From contig JBAMLO010000035.1 of the NCBI GenBank assembly GCA_039793485.1, forward strand, positions 9,506 through 35,953: a stretch of 26,448 nucleotides of DNA, given 5' to 3'. Position 1 is the stretch's first letter, and each line of letters begins with the position of its first letter. Source of the stretch: Nitrososphaera sp. Lineage in GTDB: Archaea > Thermoproteota > EX4484-205 > JAAOZO01. The notes below the pieces were generated by a model. That model was not told the origin of the DNA and searched no databases. It worked only from the letters and a program-made list of their open reading frames with translations. This document shows positions 1 through 6,547 of this stretch, piece by piece. Made by a program: the position numbers and the translations under genes.

Positions 1-66
1 GCTTAAATTTAAAGCAAAGAAAAAGTAAACCTTTTATTTCTTCCTTAACCTAAGTACAGAAAAGGT

Positions 67-1383
67 ATGATAACTCTAGAAAAGAAAAGAGAATTATTTC
101 CATACGAATTGGACCAGCTATTTGAAGAAGGGAAAAACTTAAGCAGTTCTGAAATTGAAGAGTTAAAGAAAACAGTAGAGGACATGAGCGAGAGAGAAAT
201 AGATGAACTGTACGAAGAGTTAACTAATAGAGAAAACAGAAAAAACTGGAAATACATAGAACCTAATGAGCTAAATGAAATAAGGAAACTTTCAAATTTT
301 CCTGAAGAAGAGCAACATTTTAGGTTGGAAGAAATTAAAGAAAAAGTACGAGGGGCGTGGCTTGGGAGAGTAGCAGGTAACATGCTTGGAAAGCCTGTCG
401 AGGGGTGGAGTAGGGAAGATATTATTGAATACTTAAAAACTGCAGACTCTTATCCTTTAGATGACTATATTCCAGAATTAGTTCAAAAAAATGAGAAATT
501 TAAGCTAAGTAATTACATAATAGAAAGGGGATTGAGAGGAAAAATAAAGTGTGCACTAAGAGATGATGACATAGATTATACTATAATCAACTTAGAGCTT
601 CTAGAAGAGAGGGGCTTTAACTTTACTACCTACGATGTTGCGGAACAATGGATCAGTAAGATTCCGTATGCGATGACTTACACTGCTGAAAGAGAAGCCT
701 ATAGGAACATAATAATCGGTCTTAAGCCTCCACAAACTGCATCATTCTGGAATCCATTTCGAGAGTGGATAGGAGCACAAATTAGAGCAGATGTTTTTGG
801 GTATGTTCTTCCTGGGAAACCATGGAAGGCTGCAGAACTAGCTTACCGTGATGCTACGCTTTCTCACATTAAGAATGGAGTATATGGAGAAATGTTTGTA
901 GCGGCTACAATTTCAGCAAGTTTCTTTTCAGAAAATGTATTAGAAGCCATAGAAGCAGGGCGGTCTTGTATTCCAAGAACAAGCAGACTGTACGAAGCAA
1001 TAGATAGTTGTATATCAGCTTGGAAGAAGGAAAGTAACTTTGAAGAAGCGTACAACAAACTAATGGAGAAATATGGAAAGCTTAACCCAGTACACACAAT
1101 AAATAATGCAGTTATTGTAGTACTTTCGTTACTTTATGGGGAATCGAACTTTTCTAAGAGTATTAGCCTTGCTGTAACTGCAGGCCTTGATACTGATTGC
1201 AACGGTGCTACAGTTGGCTCTATAGTTGGAGCACTCGTAGGAGAAGAGAAGATCGAAGGCAAATGGAAAGAACCATTAAACGACACTGTGGAAACTGGCC
1301 TTTCAGGGCACAAAGATTCAAGGATTTCGGAACTCTCCGAAAGAACACTAAAACTTATTGAAAGCTATAAGAGCAACAGTTAG
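67..1383 (+). CDS. ADP-ribosylglycohydrolase (ARH/DraG) family protein with a ~100-aa N-terminal K/E-rich extension
   Basis: ATG at 67. The N-terminal ARH motif 'GAWLGRVAGNMLGKPVEGW' matches the G-x-x-x-G-D-A-L-G-x-P-x-E signature, with Asn in place of the usual Asp. The C-terminal motif 'GLDTDCNGATVGSIVGALVG' matches the G-G-D-T-D-T-x-A-A-I-A-G-A-L-x-G signature. The first ~100 aa are low-complexity and charged. Confidence 0.7.
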   Translation: MITLEKKRELFPYELDQLFEEGKNLSSSEIEELKKTVEDMSEREIDELYEELTNRENRKNWKYIEPNELNEIRKLSNFPEEEQHFRLEEIKEKVRGAWLGRVAGNMLGKPVEGWSREDIIEYLKTADSYPLDDYIPELVQKNEKFKLSNYIIERGLRGKIKCALRDDDIDYTIINLELLEERGFNFTTYDVAEQWISKIPYAMTYTAEREAYRNIIIGLKPPQTASFWNPFREWIGAQIRADVFGYVLPGKPWKAAELAYRDATLSHIKNGVYGEMFVAATISASFFSENVLEAIEAGRSCIPRTSRLYEAIDSCISAWKKESNFEEAYNKLMEKYGKLNPVHTINNAVIVVLSLLYGESNFSKSISLAVTAGLDTDCNGATVGSIVGALVGEEKIEGKWKEPLNDTVETGLSGHKDSRISELSERTLKLIESYKSNS

Positions 1384-1384
1384 C

Positions 1385-2371
1385 TTAAAGAGGAAGACTA
1401 ACTGTTCTGCTATCAAAGTTTGAAGAGATATAAGTTGCTTGAATTATTTCCGTCGCTCTGTAACCGTCTTCAACAGAAGCTAGAACTTCTTTCCTTCCAT
1501 TAACAAAGTCAACGAACCTTTGAATAACGTTCTCTCTTTCACGTGGGAGCTCTGGCACTATCCAGCCACCAAGCTTTTTAGAATAAACTTTTAGACCAAG
1601 TTCAGGAGATGATGACTTGAATATGAATCCAGAAGAGCCATAAACTTCGATAGGATTGTACCCAAAGCTTTGTGTCCATCCTGCCTCGAGCACACCTAGT
1701 GCACCATTAGAAAATTTCATAATTGAAACCCCATGGTCATCTATTTCATACCTTTTAGTTAGATTGATAACCAGGCCATGAACCTTTTCAACTTCACCAA
1801 TTAGCCATCTCATTAAGTCTGCTCCATGTACCCCAAGATCGAAGAATCCACCACCTCCCGCTTTTGCAGAATCTATGAACCAACTGCTTCTTTCAAACCA
1901 TCCATCTATAGCTGCTGAATGCGCAACTCTAACCTTTAATTCTAGAATGTCACCTATTACACCTTGAGAGATTAACTTCTTTACTAAGATGTTTCCGGGA
2001 TCAAGTCTTGAAGGAAAACTCATCATAAACTTTGGAGCGCTAGAGTTTACTAGTTCTACTATTTTCTTCCCCTCTGCAACATTAGTGCACAAAGGTTTTT
2101 CACAAAGAACGTGCTTATTGTGCTCAAGTGCAGCTTTTATATGTTGGTAGTGTTCAGAAGTTGGTGAAGTTATTATCACAGCCTCAACTTCTACAGAAGA
2201 CAAAAGGTCCTCGAGCTTATCGTAGTAACGAACGTTGTACTTTTTAGAAAAGGAATCTCCTCGCTCTTTGTCTTCATCCCAAACTCCAGCAATTTGGTTA
2301 CCAGATTCAAGTATTTGTGAAGCATAACTATAAGCGTGCATATGTGCCAGGCTAATAATTCCAAACTTCAT
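1385..2371 (-). CDS. Gfo/Idh/MocA-family NAD(P)-dependent oxidoreductase
   Basis: ATG at 2371. N-terminal Rossmann fold ('KFGIISLAHMHAYSY'), 'EKPLCTNVAEGKKIVEL' EKP motif and the C-terminal alpha/beta domain typical of the family. The stop is 1 nt from the stop of the convergent gene at 1383. Confidence 0.8.
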   Translation of the reverse strand: MKFGIISLAHMHAYSYASQILESGNQIAGVWDEDKERGDSFSKKYNVRYYDKLEDLLSSVEVEAVIITSPTSEHYQHIKAALEHNKHVLCEKPLCTNVAEGKKIVELVNSSAPKFMMSFPSRLDPGNILVKKLISQGVIGDILELKVRVAHSAAIDGWFERSSWFIDSAKAGGGGFFDLGVHGADLMRWLIGEVEKVHGLVINLTKRYEIDDHGVSIMKFSNGALGVLEAGWTQSFGYNPIEVYGSSGFIFKSSSPELGLKVYSKKLGGWIVPELPRERENVIQRFVDFVNGRKEVLASVEDGYRATEIIQATYISSNFDSRTVSLPL

Positions 2372-2708
2372 ACTATGAGCAAAAACAGGGGAAAATATTA
2401 ACTTTTCTTCGCTAGGAGTGCTTTGCTAGCTTAAGCGCTGTGAAAGCATTACGCTTCAAGTCATTGAACAAGAGCCGCTTCTTTTTAGCTAAAGTAATTA
2501 TTTTTTGGCGACTACTAGGCACGCTAAAGCCTTCGGATAAGCTCGATGTTCTGCTACCTAAAAACCTTTAAACGTCTCGAATGAGACTATTCTACTGCTT
2601 TGTTAACATGAGGTTTTTCTAGGTCAAGGGTTATCTCCTCTTATGTTTGAACTAAGCTTCAAGAGGAAGAGAACTTATGCTTAGTAGTTCTCTACGCTCT
2701 TTACTTAG

Positions 2709-2909
2709 TTGACCTTAAGTTATAGAAGAACTATGAAAGCTATTAAAATTTTCGTTAAGAGAAGCTACGTAGCAGTTTGGAAGTGGGTTCAAAGGTTTCC
2801 AGGCTTTAGAAAGCTCTTTAAAGTTAATTGTAGAGTTCAGCTTTTCTTAGTTAACGAAACTTTAATTAACGCTGGAGGAAAACTAAGTGGCTTACGAACC
2901 TTACTCTAA
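2709..2909 (+). pseudogene. Possible remnant of a transposase helix-turn-helix (IS630/Tc1-like), a degenerate fragment and not an intact gene
   Basis: The 66-aa ORF contains 'KRSYVAVWKWVQRF'. This resembles the C-terminal end of transposase HTH_Tnp motifs ('SRSTVYRWVKRF'). It sits in a 588-bp gene-free gap with slightly elevated GC. No full-length transposase or terminal inverted repeats were identified. Confidence 0.2.
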
Positions 2910-2913
2910 AAAA
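2908..2913 (-). terminator. Oligo-T tract (T6 on the minus strand) ~50 nt downstream of the operon's last gene; candidate archaeal terminator
   Basis: Plus-strand 'ctctaaaaaatac' reads as TTTTTT on the minus strand after the TAA stop at 2960. Archaeal RNAP terminates at oligo-T. Confidence 0.3.
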
Positions 2914-2959
2914 TACTTGGATTTTGGCTTTCTAGAAATTCTTATGAAGCAGTTTCCAT

Positions 2960-3952
2960 TTAGATGTCGAAAGTAATTGGAACATTAGCCTTAAAACCAG
3001 CGAATTTTTCAATTAAGCTAGCCACTTCCACTGTAGACAACAGAGAATCCTTCTTTGAAATTTCTTCTGAACCTCTTTCTTTTAAAGACAGAGCTGTCAA
3101 TAAAAGAGGAGCTGAACTAACAAGTGAACCAATAAAACCTAGCATGATCCCTAAGACTGCGTTACTAACTAGAATCGAACCTATCATCATGCCTCCTAAA
3201 CTTGAAGTAGCTACTATAGCAACAGAAGAGATTAGTAAGAAAGTCTTTGCCTCTCTACTCAACGGATATTCAACAAACATAACTCTTCCGTTTGTCCCAT
3301 CTATTAGCCCCTTGTAAGATTCATTTTTGTAGTTGTAGTGAAACTCCCAAATAGGATAGTGAACTAGACCAACGTAATTTACATCAACTTTGCTTACCTG
3401 CGAATAACCTCTGCAACTTTCATTGGCTTCTCTTAAAACTAAGGAATTAACTATGCTTTGAGATAAGTTTTTTGCAGATTCGCTTGGAATACTTGGAGGA
3501 TAGTACTTTCCTCTCTCAAGCACAGAAGGTTTAAAGAACATTCTTCCTCTAACAGAAAACTTATGAGACCTTAAGAGAGAATCAAACCAAAAACCGTTGT
3601 GAGCAGGAATTGCAAGGTCTAAAACTTTGTGGTAAGTTGCAGTGCCTTTTTTTGATTGGCAAGTTGCCTCAGCTTCTGCATGAAAGACGTGTAAGGGTAT
3701 GTAGTGAAGAATTATGTTTGTTATGTTCGAAGATTCATAAAAGTCATGCGGAACACCATACCTTCTTAGTATAAAACTTCTTAGTTTTAGCCAAGCTGAA
3801 TTTTGGTTAAAGTAAACTGGGAAGAAGTAATGGACCCACTCTTGAAGAGTTTGTAAGTTGAAAGTATAACCACAGTAAGGACAAGTTGTGAACGATGCAG
3901 TTTCTATAACTTCGAATGAAGCTCCACAATTTGGGCACTTTACTTGCTTCAA
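2960..3952 (-). CDS. Zinc-ribbon / two-TM membrane protein, paralog B (4th gene of operon), function unknown
   Basis: N-terminal zinc ribbon of the C-x2-C...C-x2-C type ('VKCPNCGASFEVIETASFTTCPYCGYTF'). Central domain has 'YPIWEFHYNYKNESYKGLIDGTNGRV', paralogous to the upstream protein. Two C-terminal hydrophobic helices ('TFLLISSVAIVATSSLGGMMIGSIL', 'AVLGIMLGFIGSLVSSAPLLLTALSL') are followed by a ~40-aa charged tail. There is no in-frame ATG before the Zn ribbon. The TTG at 3952 sits 6 nt after a GGTGG SD. Confidence 0.65.
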   Translation of the reverse strand: MKQVKCPNCGASFEVIETASFTTCPYCGYTFNLQTLQEWVHYFFPVYFNQNSAWLKLRSFILRRYGVPHDFYESSNITNIILHYIPLHVFHAEAEATCQSKKGTATYHKVLDLAIPAHNGFWFDSLLRSHKFSVRGRMFFKPSVLERGKYYPPSIPSESAKNLSQSIVNSLVLREANESCRGYSQVSKVDVNYVGLVHYPIWEFHYNYKNESYKGLIDGTNGRVMFVEYPLSREAKTFLLISSVAIVATSSLGGMMIGSILVSNAVLGIMLGFIGSLVSSAPLLLTALSLKERGSEEISKKDSLLSTVEVASLIEKFAGFKANVPITFDI

Positions 3953-4939
3953 CTAGTGCCACCTTTCGACTCTAACGTCACTTATTGCAGTACTTGAAAG
4001 CGAATATGCAACAATAAAGCAAAGAAAGCCAACTACGATGAAAAAGAGACTACTGTTAGAATTACTTAAGCTACCGATGTTTCTTAGCCATAAAGAAATT
4101 ACGCTTACTCCGATAAGCACTGCAACCAACGAACCAACCAAGTTTAAAATTCTCTGGCGAAAGAAAACAGGTTCCGTAGTTTTCAAAAAAACTAAATCAT
4201 AACCAGAAATTGCAGTATTATAAATTCCATTTTTGTACTTATATGTTATTACCCATAGTGGAACCAACAACAAAATTACTTCTGTTATAGTAGTACTACA
4301 AGAGTAAAAATTGAACTCACTTAAATTATTACTAGACCTTATTTTTTGCCTTGTGATATCTTCTGCTTTATCTTTGATTTCATCAATTGCCTCAGATTGA
4401 CTAATTTCAGTGTTCAAAACCTGAAGCTTAATGTCGCTCCAATTTGATTCTTCAAGCTTAATGTAGTTTGGAGGTAAACTGCTTACTTTTGAAATTAGTT
4501 CATCTAAACCAAATTCTTCAGCAGTCCTTCTTGCTGGGATAGAAAGTAATAGCCTATCTGAAAACTTACCTTCTTTTTGAATTCTTTCTATCCTAGTACG
4601 CTTGCCAGAAGAAACTGTTCTTACTTCAACTCCGCTCCATGTAGAGAAAACTTCAACCTTAGATAAGAAAGTTGGAACATAGACACCGTAAGTGTCTACT
4701 ACTTCTAGCTCTTGAACTATTCTGCCCATATCACTATCTTTCTTCATCCTATTCCAGAATGCCTCTAGAATTTTGTCTCTAGGTTTAGAAGGTACAACGA
4801 AGATCTGAACTTTAGACTCATCAACAAACCAGTTCGTGTACCCACAGTAGGAGCATACAACAAAAATGCTGTCTGGAGTGTACTCTATAGGAGCACCGCA
4901 TCTTTTGCACTTGACTACTGTTTCTTGTGTTCCCTGCAT
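3953..4939 (-). CDS. Zinc-ribbon / two-TM membrane protein, paralog A (3rd gene of operon), function unknown
   Basis: ATG at 4939. N-terminal zinc ribbon 'VKCKRCGAPIEYTPDSIFVVCSYCGYTNWF'. Central domain contains 'VPLWVITYKYKNGIYNTAISGYD'. Two C-terminal TM helices ('ILNLVGSLVAVLIGVSVISLWL', 'LFFIVVGFLCFIVAYSLSSTAI'). Clear paralogy with 2960..3952. Confidence 0.7.
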   Translation of the reverse strand: MQGTQETVVKCKRCGAPIEYTPDSIFVVCSYCGYTNWFVDESKVQIFVVPSKPRDKILEAFWNRMKKDSDMGRIVQELEVVDTYGVYVPTFLSKVEVFSTWSGVEVRTVSSGKRTRIERIQKEGKFSDRLLLSIPARRTAEEFGLDELISKVSSLPPNYIKLEESNWSDIKLQVLNTEISQSEAIDEIKDKAEDITRQKIRSSNNLSEFNFYSCSTTITEVILLLVPLWVITYKYKNGIYNTAISGYDLVFLKTTEPVFFRQRILNLVGSLVAVLIGVSVISLWLRNIGSLSNSNSSLFFIVVGFLCFIVAYSLSSTAISDVRVERWH

Positions 4940-4950
4940 GCTTAACTAAA

Positions 4951-5955
4951 TCACTTTTGCTCTTCTTTTATTTCAGCGCCACAAATTGGACAGAACTTTG
5001 CATCTGGAGCTACCAAATGACCATTTGGGCACCACTTCAGTTTAGCGCCGCACTGAGGACAAAATCTTGCCTTTACTGGAACAAAAGAATAACCACAGTA
5101 AGGGCACTTTATAAACTGTGGAGTTGTTTGCTGCGTGGGTGGAGGTGGAGGAGGCTGAGCTTGAGTAGTAGGAGGCTGTTGAGAAGGGGGAGGGGGATAC
5201 ATGACTGGAGGAATTATAGCAACTCCAGCACCAACCGCTGCTCCTGGGCTCTTAGAAAGTTCCTTTGCAACTTGCTTTGCAGTATCCATTTGCATTACGT
5301 AAGAAGCACTTCCAGTTTGTTTGATCCAGAAGACTCTTTGCCTCCAGTCATCTGAAGTATCAACGCCTTCAAATTTAACGTCTAGTAAGTCAAGGCCTAT
5401 TCTTTTGAATTCGTCCTGTAGCCTAGCGTTTACTTCAGAGCTTACTCTATCTAAGTTAGTAAACACGTCAACTATGCTGTACTTTGAAAGTAGCTTTATT
5501 AGACCTTCGTTGAAGTATCCTCTTAAGAAGTTGTTTAGGGACTCTGTGTCAAACAAGCTTTGGCCTCCAACAATTTCATTCACAAATAAGTTAGCATCGT
5601 TTACCTTAAACCAATACGTACCATGAAACTGAAGTGGGGCCAATTCTGTAGTTTGAGTGTTTCCACCAAACTTGCCTTTAAACTGCTTTAACGAAACAAA
5701 AATTACTGTAGACCTAAACGGGATTTTATCAAAACCAGCGATTGGGGAAAGCACTTTAGTTATTAATGGTAAGTTTAAGGTTGTTATCGTATGTCGACCA
5801 GCACCAAAGATGTCATAAACTTTTCCGTCTCTATAAAAGACAGCAACTTCAAACTCATGAACTATAAGTTGACTACCCCACTCTATTTCCTCAGAAGGGT
5901 ACTTCCAGACGATATCTTCAGAACTTGGGTTTATCCATTCGATAACTTTTGGCAT
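4951..5955 (-). CDS. SPFH/Band-7-like protein with Pro/Gln-rich linker and tandem C-terminal zinc ribbons (COG4260 / YdjI-like), no TM segment
   Basis: ATG at 5955, preceded by a GGGTGA SD 6 nt upstream. The N-terminal ~240 aa ('VIEWINPSSEDIVWKYPSEEIEWGSQLIVHEFEVAVFYRDGKVYDIFGAGRHTITT...') match the stomatin/prohibitin-like fold family annotated as COG4260. The linker is 'PPPPSQQPPTTQAQPPPPPPTQQTTPQ'. The C-terminus is 'CPYCG...CPQCG' followed by 'CPNGH...CPICG'. Confidence 0.75.
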   Translation of the reverse strand: MPKVIEWINPSSEDIVWKYPSEEIEWGSQLIVHEFEVAVFYRDGKVYDIFGAGRHTITTLNLPLITKVLSPIAGFDKIPFRSTVIFVSLKQFKGKFGGNTQTTELAPLQFHGTYWFKVNDANLFVNEIVGGQSLFDTESLNNFLRGYFNEGLIKLLSKYSIVDVFTNLDRVSSEVNARLQDEFKRIGLDLLDVKFEGVDTSDDWRQRVFWIKQTGSASYVMQMDTAKQVAKELSKSPGAAVGAGVAIIPPVMYPPPPSQQPPTTQAQPPPPPPTQQTTPQFIKCPYCGYSFVPVKARFCPQCGAKLKWCPNGHLVAPDAKFCPICGAEIKEEQK

Positions 5956-5957
5956 GT

Positions 5958-6443
5958 CTACTCACCCTTTGAAACATCAAATACATGATTTCTAGCGTCT
6001 ACTGCATTACTTAAAGCCCTGATTTTTCCCTTTAATTCAGCCAGCAATGAAGCGTTTTCTCTAACTTTTTGTGCTAGGGAGACTATTTCTTCACAACTAG
6101 AAACAAGTTCAGCATCTAACCTTTTAAGCTGTTCAAGCTCTTTTTCAGTTATCTTTATCCTATCAAAGTAACCAGAGTAGCCCATGGTAGAAACTCTTAT
6201 CTTCGTACCTAAAGAACTTAGATCTTTAGCAGTGGCATTCAGCTCAGAAACATTGATTGGAATCTTCCCATCTAGGGAGTCAGACAAATATGACCTAATG
6301 GTTTCTTCGGCTTCTTTTATTTTATTAAACAAGTAGTTTCTTATTAGTTTGTCATCTTCTCTTATAAGTTCTTTTTGTTTATAGCCTCTAAAGCCTGGAA
6401 TTATTAGCTCAAGTTTCTCCAAGGTCTTTAACTCTTTTGACAT
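5958..6443 (-). CDS. Small all-helical coiled-coil protein (1st gene of operon); candidate PspA/ESCRT-III-like membrane-remodelling partner, unproven
   Basis: The ORF track gives 5958..6542. The first 33 codons of that call overlap the TATA box, so the start was reassigned to the ATG at 6443 ('MSKELKTLEKLEL...'). The protein is 161 aa with heptad-rich, charged segments ('EKELEQLKRLDAELVSS...LLAELKGKIRALSNAVDA') and no TM helix. Its TAG stop is 2 nt from the next gene's ATG. Confidence 0.6.
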   Translation of the reverse strand: MSKELKTLEKLELIIPGFRGYKQKELIREDDKLIRNYLFNKIKEAEETIRSYLSDSLDGKIPINVSELNATAKDLSSLGTKIRVSTMGYSGYFDRIKITEKELEQLKRLDAELVSSCEEIVSLAQKVRENASLLAELKGKIRALSNAVDARNHVFDVSKGE

Positions 6444-6467
6444 TTTGAGTTTTATAATTATACAACC

Positions 6468-6475
6468 TTTATAAA
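6468..6475 (-). promoter_or_regulatory. TATA box (TTTATAAA) with an upstream purine-rich BRE-like 'AAAGC', centred ~-28 from the ATG at 6443; leaderless promoter of the four-gene operon
   Basis: The minus-strand reading is 'aaagcTTTATAAAggttgtataattataaaactcaaaATG'. Confidence 0.45.
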
Positions 6476-6547
6476 GCTTTTTGTTTCCTAATTTTGCCAA
6501 TAGAAAGCTGTGCTCTATAAGCAAAAAAGTCAGCATGCTCATAAAAG

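Noticed and set aside
45-383. Several 60-150-aa ORFs from the six-frame track on the strand opposite to long, well-supported genes: 45..383, 864..1097, 2964..3317, 4927..5355, 5321..5626, 5791..5988, 6469..6720, 7221..7475, 10897..11106, 11401..11622, 12219..12443, 13185..13367, 15640..15825, 15904..16116, 17482..17706, 18781..18966, 20317..20562, 20777..20965, 21393..21590, 21587..21799, 22732..22986 and 25831..26019.
   Set aside because: Each overlaps a longer ORF with clear family motifs on the other strand or frame. Their translations are low-complexity or Ser/Leu-rich, as expected for antisense reading of AT-rich coding DNA. None has promoter or SD support.
2372-2960. tRNA, CRISPR or other RNA genes in the intergenic regions 2372..2960, 13775..14065, 17895..18175 and 19821..20051.
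   Set aside because: No repeat-spacer periodicity anywhere in the window. No GTTC(G/A)AATC T-loop with a matching acceptor stem; 'gggttcaaaggtttcc' near 2785 does not fold as a tRNA. Cannot exclude small C/D-box or other sRNAs without covariance-model searches.
2960-4939. Reading 2960..4939 as one gene disrupted by a nonsense mutation (single 659-aa protein).
   Set aside because: Not fully excluded. However each half independently has the full Zn-ribbon, central-domain and two-TM architecture, and a canonical GGTGG SD sits 6 nt before the TTG of the second half. This favours two translationally coupled paralogous genes. Kept as a finding because comparative data are needed.
5958-6542. Longer version of the coiled-coil gene starting at 6542 (ORF-track call).
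   Set aside because: The extra 33 N-terminal codons ('MSMLTFLLIEHSFLLAKLGNKKLYKGCIIIKLK') run across the TATA box at 6468..6475 and are hydrophobic and low-complexity. The ATG at 6443, with TATA centred ~-28, is the coherent start.
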